A stretch of DNA of 64,000 bases from Nitrospirota bacterium (GTDB lineage: Bacteria; Nitrospirota; Nitrospiria; 2-01-FULL-66-17). Numbering within the stretch: position 1 is the stretch's first letter; every line of letters begins with the position of its first letter. Location: NCBI GenBank assembly GCA_049325335.1, contig JBMOMC010000002.1, positions 128,001 to 192,000 on the forward strand, written 5' to 3'. The notes under the pieces were generated by a model. The model had not been told where the DNA came from, ran no database searches, and worked only from the letters and a program-made list of their open reading frames with translations. This document shows, piece by piece, positions 19,290 through 29,247 of the stretch. The translations under genes were made by a program, and so were the position numbers.

Positions 19290-20542
19290 CGCGGCCATCC
19301 CAGCGCCCGGACCCGGTCCCACAGGGAGAACGGCCGGTCGGACAGGCCGGCCACGAGGGTCAGCATCTTGTGGCGCAGATCGTCCTTGCGGTCGAGCGTG
19401 GCGAACACGCGGTCGCGCACGCGCGCGACGATGGGATGGCCCGTATTCCAGAAAAACGCCATTTCATCGCCGAGACGCTGGAGCGTTTCGGCGCGCGGTC
19501 GGCGCAGACGTTCGTAGCGCGCGAGCGCGCGGCGGCTGAAGTTCCTCTCGGCAAAACACACGTCCAACACCGCGTCCAGCGTTGCGGCGTCCTCCAGGGC
19601 TTGGTTGCGGCCTTGCGCCACGTGTGGGTTCAGCGCGTGCGCGGCATCACCCAGCAACGCGGCGCCGTCCGCCACCCACGCGCGCGGGACGACTTTGATG
19701 CAGGGCATCCACCCGACGTGGTCCCACCGCGTGAGCGCGCCGACCACGGTGCGCAGGTCGGGGTCGATCTCCGCGAGGCGGGCGGTGAACGCCGGGAGGC
19801 CTCGCGCTTCCAAGGCGTCGCGTTGTCCCGCGGGCCACAGGTAAAACCCGTAGATGGAGTCGGTGCCCAGGGGGAACAGGCCGAGGATTTCTCGACGACC
19901 CACGTAATACCGTCCGTCCTCGCCGAACCGTTCGGGCCGCGGCAGGAGAAAGGTCAGGTAGCCGTCCGCGTAGCGACGGACGCGGGCGCGGATGTGGAGG
20001 GCGTCGCGCACCGGAGAGGCCGAGCCGTCTCCGCCGACCACGATCAACGCGGGCACGCGGGTCCGTACGCCGTTGACGTCGGCTTCCACCCCGACGACCG
20101 AGCCGCGTTCGCGGATGAGGCCGACCACCCGCGCGCCCCAGCGCACGTCGATCAACGGCGACGCGGCAAGGCGCGCTCGAATCGCGCTCATCAGCGCGCG
20201 GGGATGACCGACCAGGGTGTAGTTGTACGGCGCGGGCAACGCGCCGTAATCCACCGTCACCAACCGTGAACTGCCGATGCGGGTAAAGTGGTAGCGACGC
20301 ACGCGGGAAATTCCGAGGGTCGGCAACCCGTCGAGCAACCCCAATCGATCCAGTACCCGCAGCCCGTTCGGCTGCACGATTTCCCCGCGGTCCGGATCGC
20401 TCGGGCCGGACTGGCGATCCAGCAGCGCGACCCGGCGGCCCTTGGCCGCGGCGAGCAGCGCGAGCACGGCGCCGCCGATTCCTCCGCCCACAACGGCCAG
20501 ATCAACCGGCGCGTCGCTCGATATCGCATGGTCGTTCGTCAC
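19286..20542 (-). CDS. FAD-dependent monooxygenase (UbiH-like family)
   Basis: VVGGGIGG, GGDGSASPVR, LLGDAAHALNPHVAQGRNQALEDA. Confidence 0.85.
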   Translation of the reverse strand: MTNDHAISSDAPVDLAVVGGGIGGAVLALLAAAKGRRVALLDRQSGPSDPDRGEIVQPNGLRVLDRLGLLDGLPTLGISRVRRYHFTRIGSSRLVTVDYGALPAPYNYTLVGHPRALMSAIRARLAASPLIDVRWGARVVGLIRERGSVVGVEADVNGVRTRVPALIVVGGDGSASPVRDALHIRARVRRYADGYLTFLLPRPERFGEDGRYYVGRREILGLFPLGTDSIYGFYLWPAGQRDALEARGLPAFTARLAEIDPDLRTVVGALTRWDHVGWMPCIKVVPRAWVADGAALLGDAAHALNPHVAQGRNQALEDAATLDAVLDVCFAERNFSRRALARYERLRRPRAETLQRLGDEMAFFWNTGHPIVARVRDRVFATLDRKDDLRHKMLTLVAGLSDRPFSLWDRVRALGWPR

Positions 20543-20601
20543 AGGCCGTCTGGCGGTCGATTGTAGAGCCGGGGCGGGATGAAAGCAATCAACGCCGCGC
20601 T

Positions 20602-20630
20602 TTGACAGCCCGGCCGTCGGTGCGTAGAAT
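20602..20630 (+). promoter_or_regulatory. sigma70-type promoter
   Basis: TTGACA-17-TAGAAT upstream of the Rieske gene. Confidence 0.6.
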
Positions 20631-20683
20631 CCGGGGCGGGCGCCCCTGATTCGGGCGTGCCCGTCGGAGCAAAGGACGCACAC

Positions 20684-21274
20684 GTGGCGGTCGAATATTT
20701 GCCGGTGGCTGAAGCGGCGGAAGTTCCGAGGGACGGTGTCAAAGTTGTCACCGTGGCCGGGACACCCATCGCCTTGTTAAACGTGGGCGGCGAGATCTTC
20801 GCGCTGGAACACTCCTGTCCCCATCAAGGCGGGCCCATCGGAGAGGGCGAGATCTGCGGGACGACCATCACGTGCCCGTGGCACGAGTGGCGGTTCGACA
20901 TTCGGACCGGAGCCAACGACAAAGACCCCACGATTTTGGCCAAGACGTACGCGGTGCGCGTGGCGGAGGGGTTGGTGTTGGTGGAAGTCTCGCGCGTCTT
21001 GGCGGGGGCGCGCCGCAATCGAGAAATCCTGCGACGCCTCGCCGCGGGAGAGTCCGCCGCGGCAATCGGCACAGACTTGGGGTTGGCCGAACAGGAGGTC
21101 ACGCGGACCGCGGATGCGGCGCGGATCAGCGAACGGCTGCACTATCTCGCGGAAGTCTATTCGCGCAAGAACCGGGTGGGCGGATCGGACGTTCGAGGGT
21201 TGCCGCACCGACGCACCACGGAGTCGGATGGGGAGATGTTGACCGCGTTGGACGCCCTGACGCGTTTGCTCTAA
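20684..21274 (+). CDS. Rieske [2Fe-2S] ferredoxin with C-terminal HTH-like extension
   Basis: CPHQGG and CPWHEW ligand motifs; AAGGA RBS. Confidence 0.8.
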   Translation: MAVEYLPVAEAAEVPRDGVKVVTVAGTPIALLNVGGEIFALEHSCPHQGGPIGEGEICGTTITCPWHEWRFDIRTGANDKDPTILAKTYAVRVAEGLVLVEVSRVLAGARRNREILRRLAAGESAAAIGTDLGLAEQEVTRTADAARISERLHYLAEVYSRKNRVGGSDVRGLPHRRTTESDGEMLTALDALTRLL

Positions 21275-21278
21275 GGCG

Positions 21279-21500
21279 TTACGCGTTCGGCGGCCGGTTG
21301 ATCCACTGCAACAGTCGGGTGTGGCGCGGTTTGGAGGTGGGGAGCGCCACTTTGCGCTGGCGGTTGGACATGATGACCGGGTCCACGATCTCGCCGCAGG
21401 CCAGGCACCGCCAGCCGGGAAACGTAATTTGTCCGGTCTCGTCCAGCAGGTCCGTGAACCGGTCCACGACCATCAACCCTCGACAGCGCGAGCACTGCAT
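21279..21500 (-). CDS. Small zinc-ribbon protein
   Basis: CSRC and CLAC pairs (MQCSRCRGLM...GWRCLACGEIVD); GGAGG RBS. Confidence 0.75.
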   Translation of the reverse strand: MQCSRCRGLMVVDRFTDLLDETGQITFPGWRCLACGEIVDPVIMSNRQRKVALPTSKPRHTRLLQWINRPPNA

Positions 21501-21666
21501 GGCATCCTCCCGGAGGCCCCGCGGGCGACGGCCTCGGACTTCCGAGGGCGCCTGGACGGGCCGTCCTGTAAGGAGAAAGACCCGTAATGGATGCGTTTAT
21601 TCCCCGGATCTCCCGCCCCCAATCCGCGGCTTGACTCCGTCTCCGGCCTTCCGTTAGCATCCGCGC

Positions 21667-23019
21667 ATGTGGCGGTTCGCCCGAGCGGGCGCGATCGTGC
21701 TGTTCCTGGCCCTGCCCGCACTCCCTGCCTGGGCCGCTTCCCCGGTTGCATCGGTGCTTCCGAACGGGCTGCGCGTTATTCTGATCCCGGAGCCTAAAGC
21801 CCCGGTCGTCTCCGTGCAAGTCTGGTACCGCGTCGGCTCGCGCGACGAGGTGTCGGGAAAAACGGGCCTCTCCCATCTGATGGAACATATGATGTTCAAG
21901 GGCACGGCCCGGTACGGGAAAGGGGCGTTTTCTCGTCGGATCGCGGAGCACGGGGGCAATGACAATGCGTTTACGAGCCACGACTATACGGCGTATTTCG
22001 AGAACCTCTCCAAGGACCACATCGGTCTGGCCCTGGAATTAGAGGCCGACCGTATGACGGGACTGGTGATCGCGGATGACGAATTCGGATTGGAGCGCGA
22101 CGTGGTCAAGGAAGAGCGGCGGATGCGGACCGACGACGACCCTCAGGGGACGCTGATCGAGCACGTGTACGCGGCCGCGTACATGGTCCATCCCTACCAT
22201 TGGCCCGTGATCGGTTGGATGGACGACTTGGAACGGCTCACGGCCGACGACATCCGCGCCTATTACCGGACGCACTACTCGCCGGCTAACGCGGTGCTGG
22301 TGATCGCGGGAGATTTCGACCCGCGCGCCGTGCTCGTCCTGATCGAGCAAACCGTTGGTCGGGTTGCCGGGCCCGGTGCGCCGGCGCGCCGGGCGGTCGT
22401 GGAGCCCCTGCAACTCGGAGAGCGTCGCGTGACGGTGAAGAAGGACGCACAATTGCCCGCGGTGATCGCGGGCTACCAGGTGCCAAATTTCCGCGACCCC
22501 GACGCGTACGCGTTGACGGTGTTGGCCGCAGTGCTCACCCAAGGCGAAAGCTCGCGGTTGCACCGCGCGTTGGTGTACGACCGGCAGGTGGCGCTGGAGG
22601 TCGGCGGGGACTACACGGCGCTGTCGGCGGATGCGCCGATCTTCTACCTGTATGCGGTGACGCAGGCCGGAAAATCCGCCGAGGATCTGGAGCGGGCCTT
22701 ATTCGAGGAAGTGGAGCGGCTCAAGGCGACCGAACCCTCGGAGCGTGAGTTGACCAAGGTCAAGAACGGTATTGAGGCGGATTTCATCTTGGGTCAGGAC
22801 TCGAATTTTTACCGTGCGATGCAGGTTGGAACCGCGGAGACGGTGGGCGCCGGGCGCGAATACTTGGATCATTTCGTGGCCAACATCCGGAAGGTCACCG
22901 CGGCGGACGTGACGCGGGTCGCGAAGGCGTATTTCACCGCGGATCGACGTACCGTCGGCACCTTGATTCCCACCAGGCCGGCGGACTCGGCCGACTCCGC
23001 GGGCGCCGCCGCTCCGTGA
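21667..23019 (+). CDS. M16 family zinc peptidase, catalytic subunit
   Basis: Signal peptide, LPNGL, HLMEH (HxxEH), NAFTS, ERDVVKEERR. Confidence 0.92.
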   Translation: MWRFARAGAIVLFLALPALPAWAASPVASVLPNGLRVILIPEPKAPVVSVQVWYRVGSRDEVSGKTGLSHLMEHMMFKGTARYGKGAFSRRIAEHGGNDNAFTSHDYTAYFENLSKDHIGLALELEADRMTGLVIADDEFGLERDVVKEERRMRTDDDPQGTLIEHVYAAAYMVHPYHWPVIGWMDDLERLTADDIRAYYRTHYSPANAVLVIAGDFDPRAVLVLIEQTVGRVAGPGAPARRAVVEPLQLGERRVTVKKDAQLPAVIAGYQVPNFRDPDAYALTVLAAVLTQGESSRLHRALVYDRQVALEVGGDYTALSADAPIFYLYAVTQAGKSAEDLERALFEEVERLKATEPSERELTKVKNGIEADFILGQDSNFYRAMQVGTAETVGAGREYLDHFVANIRKVTAADVTRVAKAYFTADRRTVGTLIPTRPADSADSAGAAAP

Positions 23020-24401
23020 TGCGCGCGTCCTGGGCTCGGGCGGCGGTGGTCGTTATGCTGACCATGGCCGCGACCGCGGCGACTCCCTGGTCTTCCGCGG
23101 CATGGGCCGCTCCGGTGGCGGTGGAGCGCTGGGTGATGGGCAACGGCCTGACCGTGCTCTTCGTGGAGCGGCACGCGATTCCGGCGGTGCAGGCCCATTT
23201 GGTGGTCAAGACCGGCGCGTCGGCGGATCCCTCGGGTCGCACCGGGTTGGCCGCGTTGACCTCGGGAACGGTCACGAAAGGCACGCCCACGCGTTCGGCG
23301 CTCGAGATCGCCGAGGCCATCGACTTTATCGGGGGCAGTTTATCGGCCGGGGTCGCGGAAGACTTCTCCTCCGTGACGCTGACGACCTTGAAGAAGGATT
23401 TGCCCGCCGCCTTGTCCTTGATGAGCGACGTGGTGCTCCGTCCGGTATTTCCCGCGGCCGAGGTGGATCGGGTCCGGCGGGAGACGCTCTCCGGAATTGC
23501 GGCGGCCAAGGACAACCCTGAATCCGTGGCCGAGAAAGCCTTTGCGCCCTTGGTGTTCGGCGCGCACCCATACGCGCGGCCGATCGAAGGGACGGAGACC
23601 ACGGTGCCGTTGTTGACGCGCGAAGAAGTCGTGGCATTTCACCGGACGTATTACCGGCCCAACAACGCGGCGTTGGTGTTGGTGGGCGATTTGACCACGC
23701 GGGATGCGCGGCGCGCGGCGCAAACCGCCTTCGGCCAATGGGAGCGCGCCGTCATCCCCGCGGCGGCGCCGCCGTCCGTTCCCGCGTTGCGCGAACGCCG
23801 GGTTGAGCTGATCGATAAGGACCTGACCCAGGCCACGGTGATCCTGGGACACTCCGGCATCGCGCGTTCCGACCCGGATTTTTACGCGGCCACGGTGATG
23901 AACTACATTCTGGGGGGCGGAGGGTTCGCGTCCCGGTTAATGACGCGGATTCGCGACAACGAGGGCCTGGTCTACGGCATTTCGAGCGGGTTCGACGCCA
24001 AGCGGTATCCGGGATCGTTTTCGGTCGGACTGCAAACCAAAACCGAGTCCGCGCCCGCCGCGATTCGCGCCGCGCTCGAAGAGATCGCCGCGATTCAGGC
24101 CCACGGCGTGACCGACGCGGAACTGGACGGCGCGAAGCGCTACCTGGCCGGGAGCTTTCCATTGCGGTATGAGACCAATACCAAACTGGCCTCGCTCCTC
24201 GCCATGGTGGAGTTGTATGGCTTGGGACTTACGTATTTCGATGACTATCCGAATAATATTCGGCGGGTGACGCTGGAGGACGTGCGACGGGTGGCGGCCG
24301 CGAAACTGAGCGCCGAGCGGTACGTCTTGGTCGTGGTCGGTCGCGCCGGGCAGATCGGTCCGGCGTTGGATCCCTCGGCGGAGGGGCCGCCCGCGCCGTG
24401 A
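23016..24401 (+). CDS. M16 family peptidase, non-catalytic partner subunit
   Basis: M16 fold motifs (GGGGFASRL, IRDNEGLVY) without HxxEH. Confidence 0.88.
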   Translation: MMRASWARAAVVVMLTMAATAATPWSSAAWAAPVAVERWVMGNGLTVLFVERHAIPAVQAHLVVKTGASADPSGRTGLAALTSGTVTKGTPTRSALEIAEAIDFIGGSLSAGVAEDFSSVTLTTLKKDLPAALSLMSDVVLRPVFPAAEVDRVRRETLSGIAAAKDNPESVAEKAFAPLVFGAHPYARPIEGTETTVPLLTREEVVAFHRTYYRPNNAALVLVGDLTTRDARRAAQTAFGQWERAVIPAAAPPSVPALRERRVELIDKDLTQATVILGHSGIARSDPDFYAATVMNYILGGGGFASRLMTRIRDNEGLVYGISSGFDAKRYPGSFSVGLQTKTESAPAAIRAALEEIAAIQAHGVTDAELDGAKRYLAGSFPLRYETNTKLASLLAMVELYGLGLTYFDDYPNNIRRVTLEDVRRVAAAKLSAERYVLVVVGRAGQIGPALDPSAEGPPAP

Positions 24402-25204
24402 GCGCTCCGACCGAGAAGCTGCGCCGCTTGCACGAGGTGTTGCGGGAATTCGATTCCGTGCTGGTCGCGTTTTCCGGGGGCGTGGACAGTACGTTGCTGG
24501 CCAAGGCCGCGCACGATGCGCTGGGTCCGCGCGCCGTGGCCGCGACCGCGCTGTCGCCGACCTACCCGTCGCACATGGCCGAGCAGGCGCGTCTGCTGGC
24601 GGAACGCATCGGGATTCGCCACGAGTGGGTGCGGTCCGAGCAGATGAGCCGCCCGCGGTTCGTCGCCAACCCGGAGGACCGCTGTTATCACTGCAAAGAC
24701 GAATTGTTCGAACGGCTGGCGCCGTTGGCCGAGTCGCTGGGTCTTCGATGGATCGCCGAGGGCACCAACGTGGATGATTTGTCGGACCACCGGCCCGGGC
24801 TTGCGGCCGCGCGCGAGTGGGACGTGAAGAGCCCGTTGGTGGACGCGGGGCTGACCAAGACCGAGATTCGCGCGATCAGCCGCGGGTATGACTTGCCGAC
24901 ATGGGACCAGCCGGCCTCGCCCTGTTTATCGTCGCGATTCCCGACCGGATTGCCGATTACGATCGAACGGCTGTCGCAGGTGGATCGCGCCGAAGCGATG
25001 TTGCGCGAGTTCGGGTTCCGGGAGTTTCGGGTCCGGCATCACGACGAGACCGCGCGGATCGAGGTCCCGGCTTCGGAGTTCGTGCGTTTTGCCGACGAGC
25101 GCGTGCGCGAGGCCTTGTGTGCGGCGCTCAAGGCCGTGGGATTTCGTTTCGTGACGGTGGATCTGTCGCCGTTTCGGTCCGGCAGTCTGCATGGTCGGCC
25201 GTGA
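24398..25204 (+). CDS. larE: LarE-like ATP-dependent sacrificial sulfur transferase
   Basis: AFSGGVDS PP-loop, RCYHCK, DDLSDHRPG, PCLSSRF. Confidence 0.85.
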   Translation: MSAPTEKLRRLHEVLREFDSVLVAFSGGVDSTLLAKAAHDALGPRAVAATALSPTYPSHMAEQARLLAERIGIRHEWVRSEQMSRPRFVANPEDRCYHCKDELFERLAPLAESLGLRWIAEGTNVDDLSDHRPGLAAAREWDVKSPLVDAGLTKTEIRAISRGYDLPTWDQPASPCLSSRFPTGLPITIERLSQVDRAEAMLREFGFREFRVRHHDETARIEVPASEFVRFADERVREALCAALKAVGFRFVTVDLSPFRSGSLHGRP

Positions 25205-25830
25205 CGCCGTGGCTGATCGGGGTCGGATGGCTCGCGGCGGCGACGGCGATCGCGCCGACGCAAGATACGCCGCTGCCCGTGCCCGGGCTGGCCGCGCGGA
25301 TGGAGCAGCGCGTGGTTGCGCCCGGCGGCGCGGAGTCGCTGACGACGCGGACGCTGGTGTTGGTCGAAGGCACGGCGCGGATGGAATCGGCCGATGGGCC
25401 GGATCGAGGCGGCTACGCCGAGTATCAACTGTATGACTTTGTCCGAGGCCGGGTCTATCGCGTGTTGCCCGAGGACCGAATGTACTTCGACGGCGTGTGG
25501 TCGAAAGCCGCGTCCGCGCAAGGATTCCTGGACGGGTGGGCTCCGCGTCCGGACCACCTGGCGGTGCGAATGATCCCGCTCAAGGATGATGAAGTGGACG
25601 GGACTCCGGCCCGGCTATCGTTGATGGAGTACCGGATCGGCGCCGACGGCTCGCCGGCGTACGCGTTCGTGTGGTCCGGTGAACCGCCGGGGCGGTTGCC
25701 GGTGCGCGTGGCCTACACCCAACGGGGCGGACAAACCGTGATCATTTCCTACCGCAACCCGCAACCCCGCGGGGTGGATCCGTCGGAGGTGTCCCTTCCT
25801 CCGGGCTTCGTCAACCTGAGTCCGTTTTGA
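25201..25830 (+). CDS. Exported hypothetical protein (DUF4412-like)
   Basis: Signal-like N-terminus, beta-rich, ends LPPGF; GTGA overlap. Confidence 0.55.
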   Translation: MTPWLIGVGWLAAATAIAPTQDTPLPVPGLAARMEQRVVAPGGAESLTTRTLVLVEGTARMESADGPDRGGYAEYQLYDFVRGRVYRVLPEDRMYFDGVWSKAASAQGFLDGWAPRPDHLAVRMIPLKDDEVDGTPARLSLMEYRIGADGSPAYAFVWSGEPPGRLPVRVAYTQRGGQTVIISYRNPQPRGVDPSEVSLPPGFVNLSPF

Positions 25831-25846
25831 GCGCACGAGCGTTTCC

Positions 25847-27124
25847 ATGAGCCCGTTTGACCGCCTGTTGTCCGTCCCCGCGCACGTACACCACAGCGCG
25901 CACCTGATGAAGGACCCGCCGGCCGAGAGCCGCGCCGCGCGCGAGGCGTTCACGCGGACCGTATCGACCCTGGGGGTGTCGCCGGATCGGGTGGTGAGCA
26001 CGGATCGATTCGGATACGGCCTGCTGCAACACGAAGGGGGCGACCGCCTGATCGTGCGCTGGCAACTGCACACCGAATACTACACCTACCAACTCTGGTA
26101 CCTGCCCGCGGATCCCGCCCGACGGCTGGCGTTCGGTCCCCTGGAGTGGCCGGGGCCCGCGCCGGTCTGCTGCGCGTTCGGCGATATCGTCACCACCGTT
26201 GATCTCATCGTGACGGATCGGGCGTCCGAGGTCGCGTCCGATTTCGGACTCGCCGCGGACCACACGTGGTTCGGCGGCCGGGTGTTGGGAGGGGCGAACC
26301 TGCTGTTCACGGATTTTTCGCCGGACGCCAACGGCCGGCGACGCTACCTGTTGCACGGTCACGATCGCGAGGCCCTCGCCCAGGTCACGCCGTTTGCGGC
26401 CGACTGCGTCGCCAAAATCGAAAACTATTACCACCTGATTCTCGCGCCGCTGCCAAGCTTTGCCGCGGCGATGGATCACGTCTATCTGCTGGAGAAGCGA
26501 CAACTGGCCGACCGCGACGCGATCACGCGGGGGTTGGCCGCCGCGGACCCCGCGCAACTGCAAATCTGGTTGTCGCAGCTCACCGAGGCATTGGCTCAGG
26601 TGAGCCGCCTGGGTGAGGCGATCCGCTACAACCTGGCGTCCGCCGGACCGTACGACTCGATTCTCCGGACCACGGTGGAGGACCTGCGCGAGCACCCCGT
26701 GGAGCGGTTGGAGTCGTTGGGCGCGCACGTGCTCCGTCGGATTCGAGGCATTGCCGACGGGTACCAGCGCTTGATTCAGCGCATCGAGGCATTGGAGCAG
26801 TCCTTCGAGGGCATGGTGGCGATCATCCGCACGCGTATCGACCTGGCCATGGAACAACAGAACCTCACGATTCTGTCGAGCGTGGACCGCACGACCAAGA
26901 TCCAAGTGCGCTTGCAGCACATGGTGGAATCGCTGTCGGTGGTGGTTCAGGCGTACTACCTGACCGGACTCGGGAGCTATCTGTTCAAGGCTCTGGAACA
27001 TCACGGGTGGTTGGCCGACGCCAACACGGCCACGGCCCTGTTCATCCCCATCGCACTCGGACTCGCCTTCTTCCTCACGTGGCAGGCCAAACGCCTGCTC
27101 ACGCGCCGCACAGAGGAACCGTGA
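25847..27124 (+). CDS. DUF3422 family membrane-anchored protein
   Basis: WQLHTEYYTY, RTRID...EQQN, QVRLQHMVESLSV..AYY, two C-terminal TMs. Confidence 0.75.
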   Translation: MSPFDRLLSVPAHVHHSAHLMKDPPAESRAAREAFTRTVSTLGVSPDRVVSTDRFGYGLLQHEGGDRLIVRWQLHTEYYTYQLWYLPADPARRLAFGPLEWPGPAPVCCAFGDIVTTVDLIVTDRASEVASDFGLAADHTWFGGRVLGGANLLFTDFSPDANGRRRYLLHGHDREALAQVTPFAADCVAKIENYYHLILAPLPSFAAAMDHVYLLEKRQLADRDAITRGLAAADPAQLQIWLSQLTEALAQVSRLGEAIRYNLASAGPYDSILRTTVEDLREHPVERLESLGAHVLRRIRGIADGYQRLIQRIEALEQSFEGMVAIIRTRIDLAMEQQNLTILSSVDRTTKIQVRLQHMVESLSVVVQAYYLTGLGSYLFKALEHHGWLADANTATALFIPIALGLAFFLTWQAKRLLTRRTEEP

Positions 27125-27648
27125 TTCCGATCGGCGAGCCCGCGCCGGACTTTTCGTTGTCGGGCATCCAAGGCGAACGCGAGGCGCGATGGCGTTTGTC
27201 CGATTTGCGCGGGCGGTGGGTGGTGGTGTTTTTCTACCCCGCGGATTTCACGTTCGTCTGTCCCACCGAGATCGTGGGGTTTCACCGCCAGGTGGACGCG
27301 TTCCGCAAGTTGAACGTGGAGGTGTTGGGCGTGAGCGTGGATTCGGTGGAGAGCCACCGCGCGTGGGCCAAGGAACTCGGGGGCATCGACTACCCGTTGT
27401 TGGCGGACGCGGACCGCTCGGTTTCCAAGGCCTTTGGCGTGCTGGATCAACGGGCCGGCGTGGCCCGCCGCGTCACGTTCGTACTCGACCCGTCCGGGGT
27501 GGTGGCGTACGTGGTGGCAAGCCATCACAACGTGGGCCGTAGCGTGGAGGAAACGCTGCGGGTGGTCTCTGCGCTGCAGACGGGACGGCTCTGTCCCGCG
27601 GACTGGCATCCGGGCGAGCCGACCTCGGACCTGGGTCCCAAGTACTAA
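27121..27648 (+). CDS. ahpC: 2-Cys peroxiredoxin (AhpC/TSA)
   Basis: FYPADFTFVCPTE and LCPADW. Confidence 0.9.
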   Translation: MIPIGEPAPDFSLSGIQGEREARWRLSDLRGRWVVVFFYPADFTFVCPTEIVGFHRQVDAFRKLNVEVLGVSVDSVESHRAWAKELGGIDYPLLADADRSVSKAFGVLDQRAGVARRVTFVLDPSGVVAYVVASHHNVGRSVEETLRVVSALQTGRLCPADWHPGEPTSDLGPKY

Positions 27649-27651
27649 CGC

Positions 27652-28356
27652 GTGGCCACGCTAGACGAGAAACGCCGGCGGATCGAACAGCGCGGCCGGG
27701 TACGAGAGTTCGTGTTCGGGATACAGGACGGGCTGATCAGCAACCTCGGGTTGGTTTCAGGAATTCAGGGCGCGACCGCGGATCTGAAGATCGTGCTGCT
27801 CGGCGGCATCACCGCCGCGGTGTCGGGCGCGATCTCGATGGCCGCGGGGTCGTACTTGTCGTCGAAGGCGGAGAAGGAAATCTTCGACGCGGAGATACGG
27901 GTCGAGAGCGACCGCCTGGCGGGTGAACCGTACCTGGCTCAGGAGGCGGTGTTGGAATCGCTCAAGGCCGAGGGGTTGCCGCGGGAGAACGCGTACCGCG
28001 TGGTGCGGCTGTTGCAACCGCGCCCAGATATCATTCTGCAAACGTATCACGAAAAGGTGTTGGGACTGGGCCGGGCCGAGATCAACCGGCCGATTCAAGC
28101 CGCGTTGGTGATGGGCGCGTCGTTCACCGTGGGATCCGTCATCCCGCTTGCGCCCTACGTGCTCGCGCCTGGCGCCGTCGCGCTGCCGGTATCGGTGGCG
28201 GTCTCCACCGCCACGTTGTTCGGCGTGGGCGTGTTCAAGGGCGTGCTCGCGCGCCAATCGCCCTGGCTGTCGGGCTTGGAGTTCTTCGCCATCGCCCTGG
28301 GCTCGGCGGGGCTTGGTTACGCGTTGGGAGTGATCATCAGCATGGTAATCGGGTAG
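27652..28356 (+). CDS. VIT1/CCC1 family Fe/Mn transporter
   Basis: REFVFGIQDGL, GAISMAAGSYLS. Confidence 0.9.
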   Translation: MATLDEKRRRIEQRGRVREFVFGIQDGLISNLGLVSGIQGATADLKIVLLGGITAAVSGAISMAAGSYLSSKAEKEIFDAEIRVESDRLAGEPYLAQEAVLESLKAEGLPRENAYRVVRLLQPRPDIILQTYHEKVLGLGRAEINRPIQAALVMGASFTVGSVIPLAPYVLAPGAVALPVSVAVSTATLFGVGVFKGVLARQSPWLSGLEFFAIALGSAGLGYALGVIISMVIG

Positions 28357-28460
28357 GGGGGCCGTGTTGTTTCCCGTTCTCCGTGCTCGAAGTTCTTGAG
28401 TACGGACCACGACCCCGTGTACAATTCCCATCCGGATATCACTCACGGGCAACTCTCGCC

Positions 28461-29246
28461 ATGAAATTCGACCGCCGTCACGATCCGTTGTTGGAAGCCG
28501 TCCGAGAAATTCACGAACACTGCGAGGGCCGCGGCTTGAGCGTGTTCTCCGGATACCTCACGCGCGAGCACGAAACCGTCGCGGTGTGGAACACGGCGCG
28601 CGGACGAGATTGGAAGGCGTTTCTGGATCTGGCGGCCTCGCGCGGAGCCCCGCTCGTCTATCTGGACTGGATCGTGTTCGATGACGCCCAGGTTGAGGAC
28701 GCGGTGATCCGCGCCGAAGAGGGCGGAGAAACCGGCGAGCCCGATCCGCAGATCGACGACTATAACCGGGAGATCGAGAGCTTCCGCGCCTACGCGGGGC
28801 TGACCGGGGTGATCGAGATCGCGTTCTCGCTCAACAACGTGTTTCATTTCTTCGAGTGGCAGGCCGACTGGTTCGGGGAATTCGAACGATTGGTGGAGGC
28901 GTGGGACGAGGGCGCGTACCAGCCGCGCCGACTCGCCAGGACACGCTTGCACGACTTGGCCAACCAGTTGGTCAACCACCCCAAATACCAGGCTTGTCAG
29001 AGCAAGTCACAGCGTCGTTATCTGCTGGAGCAACTGCTCGGCCGCGACTTCGAATCGCTGCGGGCGTCGGACGCGGCCGCGATCCTGGATCGGGCTGAGG
29101 CCATCTTCGAACTGGAGATCAAGCCGCTCGAACGCAGCTTTCTCCGGCAGCGCGCGCGCGAACTCAAGGCGCAGGGGTTGTCGCTGGACGCGATTGCGGG
29201 GAATTTGGGGGTGTCGCGCGCGGCCGTCAAAGCCCTGCTAGCCTGA
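28461..29246 (+). CDS. Hypothetical protein with C-terminal HTH
   Basis: GLSLDAIAGNLGVSRAAV at C-terminus; TTGAGT..TACAAT promoter-like boxes upstream. Confidence 0.6.
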   Translation: MKFDRRHDPLLEAVREIHEHCEGRGLSVFSGYLTREHETVAVWNTARGRDWKAFLDLAASRGAPLVYLDWIVFDDAQVEDAVIRAEEGGETGEPDPQIDDYNREIESFRAYAGLTGVIEIAFSLNNVFHFFEWQADWFGEFERLVEAWDEGAYQPRRLARTRLHDLANQLVNHPKYQACQSKSQRRYLLEQLLGRDFESLRASDAAAILDRAEAIFELEIKPLERSFLRQRARELKAQGLSLDAIAGNLGVSRAAVKALLA

Positions 29247-29247
29247 T

